This document shows positions 8,133 to 17,421 of a DNA stretch of 28,469 nucleotides, piece by piece. The translations under genes were made by a program, and so were the position numbers. The stretch spans positions 1,088 to 29,556 of the forward strand of contig MENC01000202.1 of the NCBI GenBank assembly GCA_001768155.1, in the 5' to 3' direction. The notes beneath the pieces are model-generated. The model saw only the letters and a list, made by a program, of their open reading frames with translations. It did no database searches and was not told where the DNA came from. Source of the stretch: Bacteroidetes bacterium GWA2_30_7 (GTDB lineage Bacteria; Bacteroidota; Bacteroidia; Bacteroidales; GWF2-33-38). Within the stretch, counting starts at the first letter, position 1; the number at the start of each line of letters is the position of its first letter.

Positions 8133-9731
8133 ATGAAAATAAAATCGGCTCTTCTTCCAATAATATTCTCATTATTAATAATTTTAGGTATTTTTCTTGG
8201 ACGAATTTTAGATTCAGACGAAAGTAATTCAAGCTCATCACTACTTGTTAAAAAATATCATAAATTAACAAGTGTACTCGGTTATATCGAATCTGAATAT
8301 GTTGACGAAATTTCTTCAAATGAATTGATTGAAAAATCGTTACCATTTATTTTAGAAAACCTTGACCCTCATTCTGTATATATTCCAGCAAAAGAATTGA
8401 TGGGATTAAACGAATCTCTTGAAGGCAATTTTGATGGAATAGGAGTTCAGTTTAATATTCAGCACGATACAATTATAGTAATAAGTACGGTTTCTGGTGG
8501 ACCTTCCGAAAAATTAGGAATTATGGCTGGCGACAGAATTGTTAAAATTGATGACACATTAGTTGCAGGAATTAAAATTACAAATAATCAGGTACTTAAA
8601 AAATTAAAAGGATTAAAGGGTACAAAAGTTAAAGTTAGTATTCATCGAAATAAATTTCCCGAATTAATTGATTTTATAATAACCCGCGATGTAATTCCAT
8701 TGTATAGCGTAGATGTTGCATATATGATTGACGAAAAAATAGGCTATGTAAAAATTAGCAGTTTCGCTGCTACAACATATCAAGAATTTAAAAAAGCAGT
8801 TCTTCGACTACAAAAACAAAACATGAAAAAATTGATTGTAGATTTGAGAGGAAATGGTGGTGGATATTTAGATGCAGCAACAAAAATAACTGATGAATTT
8901 CTTGAAGACAAGAAATTAATAGTATATACTGAAGGAAAATCTCGCCCAAAAACAGTTACTTACTCAACAAGCAGAGGTTATTGTCATGAAACTGAGATAG
9001 TTGTTTTAATAGATGAATGGTCTGCGTCGGCAAGTGAAATTTTTGCAGGTGCAATTCAAGATAATGATAGAGGTACAATAATCGGAAGACGTTCGTTTGG
9101 AAAAGGGTTGGTTCAAGAACAAACTATGCTGCCAGATGGTTCAGCTTTGCGTCTTACAATTGCAAGATATTATACCCCATCAGGTAGAAGCATTCAAAAA
9201 CCCTACGAGCATGGAAATATTAATAAATACAATGAAGAAATTGTTGAAAGATATGTACATGGAGAGTTTTCTGAAAAAGACAGTATTAAAAATACAGATA
9301 GTTTAAAATACCATACAACAAAGGGTCGAACAGTATATGGTGGAGGTGGAATTATGCCCGACATTTTTATACCTGTTGATACACTTGGTTGGACTCCTTA
9401 TTTATCGGAAGTTTCAAACAAAGGACTCGTATATCAGTTTGCATTTGAATATGTTGACGAAAATAGAGATTTTTTAAGTAAATTTAATGATTATAAAGAA
9501 TTAGATGAATTTCTAAACAAAGCTCATTTAGTAAATCAATTTATACTTTTTGCTGAAAATAAAGGAGTTACAAAAAAATATAAGGAAATTAAAACATCTG
9601 AATTTATTATAAAAACACAAATTAAAGCTTACATTGCTCGAAACCTATTTGATAACGATGGATTTTATCCAATAATGAGAGAAGTTGATATCCCACTTAA
9701 AAGAGCAATTGAAGTTTTAACATCAAAATAA
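8133..9731 (+). CDS. S41 family C-terminal processing peptidase (CtpA/Prc-like) with PDZ domain
   Basis: LDPHSVY, GNFDGIGVQF (PDZ), VDLRGNGGGYL, catalytic Ser in SASASEIFAGAIQD, Lys in RRSFGKGLVQ, and RYYTPSGRSIQ. Confidence 0.93.
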   Translation: MKIKSALLPIIFSLLIILGIFLGRILDSDESNSSSSLLVKKYHKLTSVLGYIESEYVDEISSNELIEKSLPFILENLDPHSVYIPAKELMGLNESLEGNFDGIGVQFNIQHDTIIVISTVSGGPSEKLGIMAGDRIVKIDDTLVAGIKITNNQVLKKLKGLKGTKVKVSIHRNKFPELIDFIITRDVIPLYSVDVAYMIDEKIGYVKISSFAATTYQEFKKAVLRLQKQNMKKLIVDLRGNGGGYLDAATKITDEFLEDKKLIVYTEGKSRPKTVTYSTSRGYCHETEIVVLIDEWSASASEIFAGAIQDNDRGTIIGRRSFGKGLVQEQTMLPDGSALRLTIARYYTPSGRSIQKPYEHGNINKYNEEIVERYVHGEFSEKDSIKNTDSLKYHTTKGRTVYGGGGIMPDIFIPVDTLGWTPYLSEVSNKGLVYQFAFEYVDENRDFLSKFNDYKELDEFLNKAHLVNQFILFAENKGVTKKYKEIKTSEFIIKTQIKAYIARNLFDNDGFYPIMREVDIPLKRAIEVLTSK

Positions 9732-9782
9732 AATTATTTTGACCAAATTGTTTGTTTTTTAAAGTCTTTTGAATTATATTTT

Positions 9783-9812
9783 TTTGTTTTTTTTTAAAAA
9801 AATATATCTTTG
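9783..9812 (+). promoter_or_regulatory. Bacteroidota promoter (-33 TTTG, -7 TATCTTTG) with a T9/A7 homopolymer spacer
   Basis: TTTG at 9783-9786, 18-nt spacer, TATCTTTG at 9805-9812, ATG at 9843. Confidence 0.6.
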
Positions 9813-9842
9813 TAACTTAATTATAAACTAAAATTTAACATT

Positions 9843-12131
9843 ATGAGAAAATTTACTTTTTTAATTTTAATGTTGTCTTTTTCGGTTTTTGCCATTGCAC
9901 AACAAATGGGAAAACTATTTCAAGAAAAAGCAATAAGTAAAAAAGATGTTGGAATACAAGCTCCTCCATCAATGTCATCTCGCTCAGTACAAGCTGTTGG
10001 AGATACTATTTATTACAACGATTTTTCCGACCCTTCAACTTGGGAAATTGGAAATTTCTCGGGCGATGCTCAAGACTTTGTTATTACAACTGACGGACCT
10101 ACTGGTTATTATTCAGCACCTATGGGAGCTATTAACTCAACTACAGCTTCAAACGGATTTGCACTTTTCGATGGAGATTTACTTGGTTGTAGCGGTTGTG
10201 CTCAACAAAATGCATATATTGCAACTAAGAGTTCTATTGACCTTACCGGTCATGAATATATTTCACTAGTATTTCAACAATATTATAGATCTTATACTAA
10301 TGAATCTTGTTTTATAGAAGTAAGTACAGATTCTGTAAATTGGACACAATTTTTATTTAATACTGGAATGGCTACAGGTGCAGTAACAGCAAATCCTAAA
10401 TTTATGTATTATAATATTTCATCTGCTGCAGGTAATCAACCACAAGTTTGGATTCGTCTTCACATTATTGCAGACTGGGGTTACGCTTGGATGATTGATG
10501 ATATTGCAGTAGTTGACGGTGCTGCTAATGACATAGTTTTAGAAGAAATTAATCCATGGTTTACAGCCGTTAATACTGCTGCTTCTCAATATTATATTCA
10601 AGGTTATCTTACTCAAATTCCATATACTCAGATTCCTTCACTTAATTATAATCTGGCTGCACTTTTTAATAATGGTCCTATGACTCAGAATCATCCAAAA
10701 TTAAACATTAAAATTAATGATTTCAACTCCGATGTTTTTGATGTTACAACAGATACAAGTTATGTTACCGGTGATACATTAAGCTTTTTAGAAGATGCTG
10801 TTAGAGATACCCTGTTTTCTTCAATCCCATTTTTGGCTCCTTCAGAATTAAAAAACTATAAAATGACTTTTACAATTTCGCAAGATGAAATTGATGCAAA
10901 CCCTGCAACCAATGTTGATACTGCAAGTTTTTCTATTACTGAAACAACTTTTTCTCACAATAATAGATTTAATTCTCGTATAGGACCAGATATGTACACA
11001 GGTTTTGCCAATGGCGACTTAATTGGTGCTAAATTTTCATTCGTAAATGCTCAAGAAGTTAATTCAATTTCATATTACATTCATCCTGAAAGTACAATAG
11101 GAGCTTCTTTCTTTGCCCAGCTATATAGTTATGATTTTGGAAGTCAGTCGTGGGTTCCATTACTTGCAAACATTAATGCTTACACAATTACTGCTGATGA
11201 CCTTGATAAATGGATAACAGTACCCCTTGAAAAAGATGGTTCTGGCGAATTTATTGCAGCCGAAACTATGGTTGCTGCTGCAATGTCGGTTAGTGTAGTT
11301 GATGAAGCTAATGATGGAATACATTTAAGATCAGATAATTCAGCTAAACATTATTTTGCTGGAGAATCACTTTTAAGATTAGGCGCAGATTATTATTATG
11401 TAGATTATTCTCCTGGAATTATTTTAAATTTAGTTCCAATTGCTTCTATTCCTTTACAAGTTTATGTAACAAATAGTACTACAACTTTTTGTGTTGGTAG
11501 TAGCGATGGAACAATTACTGTAACAGGTGCCGGTGGTTCAGCTCCTTATACTTACGAATGGTTTGATGGAAGCACTTCTGAAACTATAACTGGATTAAGT
11601 GTAGGTAGTTATTCTGTAACAGTAACTGATGCAAGTTTTGATCAAGTTTCAGGAACATTTAGTGTTACTGAACCTGATGCTATTGTCCTTTCTGATACTC
11701 CAGATTGGAATTCAATTGATTTAATTGTTAATGGTGGAACACCTCCATATACATATTCATGGGTTGGTCCAAGTTCATATACTGCATATACTCAAGACAT
11801 TGATGGCTTATCTCCAGGTGCATACACAGTTACTGTAACTGATGCTAAAGGTTGTACTGATACATTAACTGAAGTTATAACAAATATTGTTAATGGTAAT
11901 TCAAAAGTTATTAATGTTTATCCAAACCCAACAAACGGATTTATTAATATAGCTAATGCTGAAAACTCAAAAATTACAGTATATAATATTATTGGTGAGT
12001 CTTTGGTATCTATTACAAATAACAAATCAATTGCCAAAATAGATATAAGTAATTTAGCAGAAGGCACTTATATTATTAGAATAGTTTCTAATAATAATGC
12101 TACTACTAAGAGAATTTACTTAGTTAAATAA
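9843..12131 (+). CDS. T9SS type-A cargo protein with two SprB-like repeats
   Basis: Signal peptide, N-terminal beta-sandwich region, SprB-like repeats (GGSAPYTYEW...GLSVGSYSVTVTDA and GGTPPYTYSW...GLSPGAYTVTVTDAKGC), and C-terminal domain NVYPNPTNG...GTYIIRI...KRIYLVK. Confidence 0.9.
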   Translation: MRKFTFLILMLSFSVFAIAQQMGKLFQEKAISKKDVGIQAPPSMSSRSVQAVGDTIYYNDFSDPSTWEIGNFSGDAQDFVITTDGPTGYYSAPMGAINSTTASNGFALFDGDLLGCSGCAQQNAYIATKSSIDLTGHEYISLVFQQYYRSYTNESCFIEVSTDSVNWTQFLFNTGMATGAVTANPKFMYYNISSAAGNQPQVWIRLHIIADWGYAWMIDDIAVVDGAANDIVLEEINPWFTAVNTAASQYYIQGYLTQIPYTQIPSLNYNLAALFNNGPMTQNHPKLNIKINDFNSDVFDVTTDTSYVTGDTLSFLEDAVRDTLFSSIPFLAPSELKNYKMTFTISQDEIDANPATNVDTASFSITETTFSHNNRFNSRIGPDMYTGFANGDLIGAKFSFVNAQEVNSISYYIHPESTIGASFFAQLYSYDFGSQSWVPLLANINAYTITADDLDKWITVPLEKDGSGEFIAAETMVAAAMSVSVVDEANDGIHLRSDNSAKHYFAGESLLRLGADYYYVDYSPGIILNLVPIASIPLQVYVTNSTTTFCVGSSDGTITVTGAGGSAPYTYEWFDGSTSETITGLSVGSYSVTVTDASFDQVSGTFSVTEPDAIVLSDTPDWNSIDLIVNGGTPPYTYSWVGPSSYTAYTQDIDGLSPGAYTVTVTDAKGCTDTLTEVITNIVNGNSKVINVYPNPTNGFINIANAENSKITVYNIIGESLVSITNNKSIAKIDISNLAEGTYIIRIVSNNNATTKRIYLVK

Positions 12132-12147
12132 AATATCACATTAAACT

Positions 12148-12179
12148 AAAAAAGCCCGATTAATTCGGGCTTTTTTTTT
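12148..12179. terminator. Bidirectional intrinsic terminator
   Basis: AAAAAA-GCCCGA-ttaat-TCGGGC-TTTTTTTTT. Confidence 0.9.
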
Positions 12180-12265
12180 AAATAATATCTGTAAAATTAA
12201 AGAATGAAAAAATTCTTTGCATTTTCATAATTTTTTTATTACTTGCATAATTAAAATAAATTGAG

Positions 12266-13186
12266 ATGAATATATCAATGATGAACTCAAAACATTTATT
12301 ACTAATATTTTCAGCTTTATATTTTCTGGTATTTTTTGCAGCTTGTAAAAGCACTACAAATACAAACGAAAATGTTGAAGATAAGTTAGATGTAGAAATT
12401 GACACTACAATGAGTACTGTTTTAAAATTTAATAATACTTTATTTAGTATTCCGTCACCCTATCAACTTGCAATTTTGATTAAGAATTTAAAAATTGACT
12501 ACAACAAGGAATTTTTGAACTCTACCGGTAAAGCTATTAATTATACAGATAATTTTCAAAAAGCATTAAATTTTGGAATTTACGGAGCAGACTTAGGATA
12601 TTTAAATATATACGAACAAACTCCAGAAGCAATAAATTACTTTTCGGTAATGAAATCAATGTCGCAGGAATTAGGTATTTCAAGTGCTTTCGACAAGGCA
12701 ACAATTAATAGAATTGAAAATAATATGGGCAATAAAGATTCTCTTCTATTTATTATGTCAAACACTTATCGAAAAGCAGATGCTTATCTAAAAGAGAATA
12801 ATCGAAATGAAATGGGTGTACTTATTCTTGCCGGTGGTTGGATTGAAAGTATTCATATTATTACACAAATTGCTGTAAATAAAAATGCTCCACAGCAAAT
12901 AATCGACAGATTAGGTGAACAAAAACACCCTCTTGACAATCTTATTAAAATATTATCACCATATTATAATCAATCTGAGAAATTTGCTGAATTGCTTGAT
13001 GGTTTAATTGATTTAGCTTATGAATTTGATGGAGTTAACTATGAATATCAGTATAAAGAACCAACTGTAATACCAAGCGAAAAACTTACTATTATTAATA
13101 GTACATCAAAAATTATTATTTCTCAAGAACAACTAAAAACAATTGCTGAAAAAATATCAATTATTAGAAAAAAAATAATTGAATAA
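12266..13186 (+). CDS. Lipoprotein of unknown function, predicted all-helical
   Basis: Lipobox FAAC after a hydrophobic stretch; segments ALNFGIYGADLGY and LAGGWIE. The true start may be a downstream ATG (12278 or 12281). Confidence 0.85.
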   Translation: MNISMMNSKHLLLIFSALYFLVFFAACKSTTNTNENVEDKLDVEIDTTMSTVLKFNNTLFSIPSPYQLAILIKNLKIDYNKEFLNSTGKAINYTDNFQKALNFGIYGADLGYLNIYEQTPEAINYFSVMKSMSQELGISSAFDKATINRIENNMGNKDSLLFIMSNTYRKADAYLKENNRNEMGVLILAGGWIESIHIITQIAVNKNAPQQIIDRLGEQKHPLDNLIKILSPYYNQSEKFAELLDGLIDLAYEFDGVNYEYQYKEPTVIPSEKLTIINSTSKIIISQEQLKTIAEKISIIRKKIIE

Positions 13187-13205
13187 TTTTTAAAATTTTA
13201 TTCAA

Positions 13206-13625
13206 ATGAAAAAAATTGTAATATTTATTATATGTATTGTAGCAACACTTTCATCAATAGATGTAGTAGCTCAATCTGACACATTAGTTAAAATTTGTAC
13301 AAAATATTTAGGTTCTCCATATATATCAGATGGTCAGCAATATAAAGCTTTGTTAAACGGAGACGAAATAGCTGAATTTCATGCTACATTTTATGGAGGA
13401 AGTACATATAGAATAGTAGGAGCTAGTGGATTAAATGAAGGCAATCTTGTGTTTTCTGTTTATGATATTGAAAGAAATTTATTATTTACTAATAGAAATT
13501 ATCAAAATACAGCATTTTGGGATTTTAAATTTAATTCAACAATTGATTGTATAATCGAAGCAGAACTTGATGCCAAAAATTTAGATTCTGGTTTTGCTTT
13601 ATTATTGATAGGATTTAAACAATAA
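13206..13625 (+). CDS. Small exported protein, predicted beta-sandwich
   Basis: Signal peptide MKKIV...VVAQ and alternating beta-strand pattern (TFYGGSTYRIV, LVFSVYD, FALLLIGFK); 19 nt downstream of the lipoprotein gene. Confidence 0.85.
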   Translation: MKKIVIFIICIVATLSSIDVVAQSDTLVKICTKYLGSPYISDGQQYKALLNGDEIAEFHATFYGGSTYRIVGASGLNEGNLVFSVYDIERNLLFTNRNYQNTAFWDFKFNSTIDCIIEAELDAKNLDSGFALLLIGFKQ

Positions 13626-13663
13626 ATTAGAAATTGTTAGTTTATTTATACTATATAATAGCT

Positions 13664-13692
13664 AAGGCATTATCATTATTAATGCCTTTTTT
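13664..13692 (+). terminator. Intrinsic terminator or attenuator upstream of the ABC transporter
   Basis: AAGGCATTA-tcattat-TAATGCCTT then TTTT; ends 21 nt before ATG 13714. Confidence 0.65.
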
Positions 13693-13713
13693 ATTTGACG
13701 ATATTAACTTGAA

Positions 13714-16700
13714 ATGAGCGAAAGGATTCTAAAAGCTTTAATGCAATTATTTGCAATAATTGCACCACCTGAAAGTAACCCTACCGACAGGAGAAGTGTT
13801 GTGGAATCGTTTCTGAAACTATTACTTAATCAAGAATTAGTTAAAGAATATCTTAAAGTTTTTGATGAATACTATGAAGTATATCAAAAAAAACAAAATG
13901 AAGAAACTACAAAAAGAAAGAAAAACATATCATTAAGTTCTGTAAAAGTTCTTAAAATATGTACAGCAATAAACGAAGAACTTACACAAAAACAAAAGCT
14001 AGTAGTAATAGTTCGTTTACTTGAATTTATAAAAGCAGATTTTCAAGAAATTTCCGACCAAGAATTAGAGTTTGTTGAAACAGTAGCTGATGCATTTCAT
14101 ATTTCATTAGAAGAATATTCAAGAGTTAAGTCATTTGTATTAAATGACTTTCAAGAAATCCCAAATTCAAATAAATTATTATTAATTGATGATAACGAAC
14201 GTGCATTTAACGATGATTTAAAGCACATTCATTCACATGCATTACATGGTCAAATTAAAATTATGCAACTTGCTGTTGGCGAAATATATTTACTTCGTTT
14301 CCATGGTGGTAGTGAGTTGTATCTCAACGGTCAATTAGTACGACAATCAAAAATTTTTATATTAACCACAGGTTCTTCAATTAGAAATCTGAAAATTAAA
14401 CCTATTTATTACAGCGATATAATATCAGCTTTTAATATTGATAAATTAAAAGTTAAAACCGTATATGAAGTTAAATACGTTGACTATAAATTTAAAGGAG
14501 GAAAATACGGATTACATAATATTAATTTTACAGAAGAATCCGGAAAATTAGTTGGAATAATGGGTGCAAGCGGGGCTGGAAAATCTACATTACTTAATGT
14601 ATTAAATGGAGCATATAAACCAACCTCTGGATACGTCAATATTAACGGCGTAAATATGTACACCGAAAAGGAAAAGGTTGAAGGATTGATAGGATATGTG
14701 TCTCAGGATGACCTTTTAATAGAAGAGTTATCAGTTTTTCAAAATTTATTCTATAATGCAAAACTGTGTTTCGATAATTTAACCGAACAACAAATTGTTA
14801 AGAGAGTATTGCGAATTCTCGAAAGTCTTGGTTTATACGAAATTAAAGATATGGTTGTAGGTAATCCTCTTAATAAAAAAATAAGTGGCGGTCAACGAAA
14901 AAGACTAAACATTGCATTAGAACTTATTAGAGAACCATCGATTCTTTTTTTAGATGAACCTACATCTGGCTTATCATCAAGAGATTCAGAAAATATTATG
15001 GATTTACTAAAAGAATTAGCTTTAAAAGGTAAGCTGGTTTTTGTAGTTATTCATCAACCGTCTTCAGATATTTTCAAGATGTTTGATAAACTGATTATCC
15101 TTGATACAGGTGGATTTATGATTTATTGTGGAAATCCGGTTGACTCAATTATATATTTTAAATCAAGAATTCATCAAGCCGATTGGAACGATAGTGAGTG
15201 CCGAACCTGTGGGAATGTAAATCCAGAGCAGGTTTTTAATATAGTTGAAGCTCCAGTTCTTGATGAATATGGAAATGCAACTCACACCCGAAAAATTTCT
15301 CCAAAAGAGTGGGCATCTTACTATACAGAATTTTCGAAACAAGAAGCAGCAAAGATTTTTGAAATTCCAAAAGAAGTCCCTGAAATAAGTTTCAAAGTTC
15401 CTAATTGGTTTAAACAATTTAGAGTTTTCGTTATTAGAGATGTATTATCTAAAATTGCGAATACACAATATATGGTAATTAATTTACTTGAAACACCATT
15501 ATTGGCATTTCTATTATCTTTTATAATAAGATATTACAGCGTTGATGTAACAAATGAATATGGTTATACTATTAGCGACAATACTAACCTTCCTGTATAT
15601 ATTTTCATGGCTGTAATAGTTGCTATTTTTATAGGACTAACTGTAAGTGCAGAAGAAATAATTAAAGATAGGAAAATATTAAAAAGAGAATCTTTTTTAA
15701 ATTTAAGCAGGTCAAGTTATTTGATGTCGAAAGTTGTTATACTATTAACTCTTTCAGCATTTCAAGCATTTACTTTTGTAATTATTGGCAATTTGATAAT
15801 GGATATCTCAGGCATGTATTTTCATTATTGGTTAGTTCTTTTCAGTGCATTTAGTTTTTCAAATATGTTGGGATTGAATATTTCAGATAGCTTTAAAACA
15901 GCTGTAACTATATATATATTAATTCCTTTTCTAGTTATTCCTCAAATGATATTATCTGGAATAATTGTAAAATTTGATAAATTAAATCCAAATATTTCAT
16001 CCCCAAGTGAAATACCAATTTATGGTGAGATAATTACTGCAAGATGGGCTTATGAGGCACTTGCTGTTTTTCAGTTTATACATAATGATTATGAAAAATT
16101 ATTTTATCCGTATGATAAAGTGATGAGTGAAGCAAATTATAAGAAAGATTATTGGTTGCCTATATTAAAAAACAAAGTTACTTCTTGTAAGAGAGATTTA
16201 GATAAACCAGAAAAGAAAACACAAATTATTTCATATCTTGAATTGCTTAGAAATGAGATATATAAAGAATTAAATAGTAATAAAAAAATTGCATTTAATG
16301 AAGTAAATCAACTTTATTACGATAAATTAAACTTAAATGTAATAATTTCTACTGAGCAATATCTGGATCAATTAAATAAATATTTTATAAAAAAATATAA
16401 TAAAGCAAATTCAGAAAAAGATGCTTTATTGTCTAGTTTGCAAAAAACCGACCAAGAAAAGAAAAAGTTAATAATGCTTAAAAAGAATCATTATAATGAA
16501 AACCTTTCTGAATTTGTAACCAACTCAAATTCACTTGACAGAATAGTTGAATTTAATAATCATTTATATCAGAAATTAGACCCAATTTTTCAAGACCCAT
16601 CTGGAAGTTTTATAAAATCGCACTTTTATTCGCCCAGAAAAAAATTATTTGGTTCAAGTGTAGATACCTTTTGGGTTAATGTATTTGTAATGTGGTTTAT

Positions 16701-16797
16701 GACAATTATTCTTTATATAACTTTATATTTTAAAGGATTAAAGAAATTGTTGGACTTTTTCGCCAGAATAACAAGCAAATTCACTTCTACAAATTAG
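13714..16797 (+). CDS. ABCG-type (NBD-TMD) fused ABC transporter with N-terminal TerB-like and possible FHA-like domains
   Basis: Walker A GASGAGKS (14563-14586), Q-loop VSQDD, signature ISGGQRKR (14881-14904), Walker B FLDEP, H-loop IHQP and an ABC-2-type membrane region. N-terminal ADFQEISDQELEFVETVADAFHIS resembles TerB. Confidence 0.9.
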   Translation: MSERILKALMQLFAIIAPPESNPTDRRSVVESFLKLLLNQELVKEYLKVFDEYYEVYQKKQNEETTKRKKNISLSSVKVLKICTAINEELTQKQKLVVIVRLLEFIKADFQEISDQELEFVETVADAFHISLEEYSRVKSFVLNDFQEIPNSNKLLLIDDNERAFNDDLKHIHSHALHGQIKIMQLAVGEIYLLRFHGGSELYLNGQLVRQSKIFILTTGSSIRNLKIKPIYYSDIISAFNIDKLKVKTVYEVKYVDYKFKGGKYGLHNINFTEESGKLVGIMGASGAGKSTLLNVLNGAYKPTSGYVNINGVNMYTEKEKVEGLIGYVSQDDLLIEELSVFQNLFYNAKLCFDNLTEQQIVKRVLRILESLGLYEIKDMVVGNPLNKKISGGQRKRLNIALELIREPSILFLDEPTSGLSSRDSENIMDLLKELALKGKLVFVVIHQPSSDIFKMFDKLIILDTGGFMIYCGNPVDSIIYFKSRIHQADWNDSECRTCGNVNPEQVFNIVEAPVLDEYGNATHTRKISPKEWASYYTEFSKQEAAKIFEIPKEVPEISFKVPNWFKQFRVFVIRDVLSKIANTQYMVINLLETPLLAFLLSFIIRYYSVDVTNEYGYTISDNTNLPVYIFMAVIVAIFIGLTVSAEEIIKDRKILKRESFLNLSRSSYLMSKVVILLTLSAFQAFTFVIIGNLIMDISGMYFHYWLVLFSAFSFSNMLGLNISDSFKTAVTIYILIPFLVIPQMILSGIIVKFDKLNPNISSPSEIPIYGEIITARWAYEALAVFQFIHNDYEKLFYPYDKVMSEANYKKDYWLPILKNKVTSCKRDLDKPEKKTQIISYLELLRNEIYKELNSNKKIAFNEVNQLYYDKLNLNVIISTEQYLDQLNKYFIKKYNKANSEKDALLSSLQKTDQEKKKLIMLKKNHYNENLSEFVTNSNSLDRIVEFNNHLYQKLDPIFQDPSGSFIKSHFYSPRKKLFGSSVDTFWVNVFVMWFMTIILYITLYFKGLKKLLDFFARITSKFTSTN

Positions 16798-16946
16798 TGA
16801 CTTTTTTAGATTCAACTTGTTTCAGTATTTAAACAATTTACAAAATAAAAGTTTCAGAGATTCTGAAGTTCAGAATAACATTCTGAATTACTTTACTGAT
16901 TTTGTTGAGTTTGTGAATAAACTTTAATTAAATTTTACTAAACAAC

Positions 16947-16976
16947 AAAAGCTAAGCTGTTTTCACAACTTAGCTT
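16947..16976 (-). terminator. Intrinsic terminator for siaBC
   Basis: Minus strand reads AAGCTAAGTTGT-GAAA-ACAGCTTAGCTT then TT. One G-U pair and the GNRA loop work only in this orientation; it lies 25 nt after the siaC stop. Confidence 0.75.
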
Positions 16977-17001
16977 AATTTATTATTAACGTAATAAATT
17001 A

Positions 17002-17382
17002 TTACTCTTCTATTTCAATCATTTTAAATGGGATGCGGATAATAGATTGATAATCTTCACCAGCTTCCAACATATCCTCATCATCTTCTTCGTAATACCA
17101 GTTTATTAACACTTCATTACCAGACTTATGAATAGTTTCTAATTTCTTAAAAACATCAAGAATACATTTTGATGAACTAGTGTTGAAATATTCTAATTGT
17201 ACATTAACCTCTGTTAAGCCTTTTGGTGTACTAGAATATTTTTCTAACCAATCAACTAACGGTTTGTAAAATTCAATTGAATTTTCAGGAATTGATCTTC
17301 CTTTAATTTCAACTTTCCCAGAATTAAAATCAAAATTTACACTTGGGGTTTTAGGTGTTCCTTCTATTGTTATTGACTCCAT
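17002..17382 (-). CDS. siaC: SiaC family phosphoprotein (DUF1987)
   Basis: TPxVxFD, GRSIPEN, LEYFNTSSSK (Thr68), INWYYEEDDEDMLEAGEDY and IPFKMIE. Confidence 0.92.
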   Translation of the reverse strand: MESITIEGTPKTPSVNFDFNSGKVEIKGRSIPENSIEFYKPLVDWLEKYSSTPKGLTEVNVQLEYFNTSSSKCILDVFKKLETIHKSGNEVLINWYYEEDDEDMLEAGEDYQSIIRIPFKMIEIEE

Positions 17383-17421
17383 ACTATTTAAGTTTTAATA
17401 ATTTATACTAATCTACAACAT

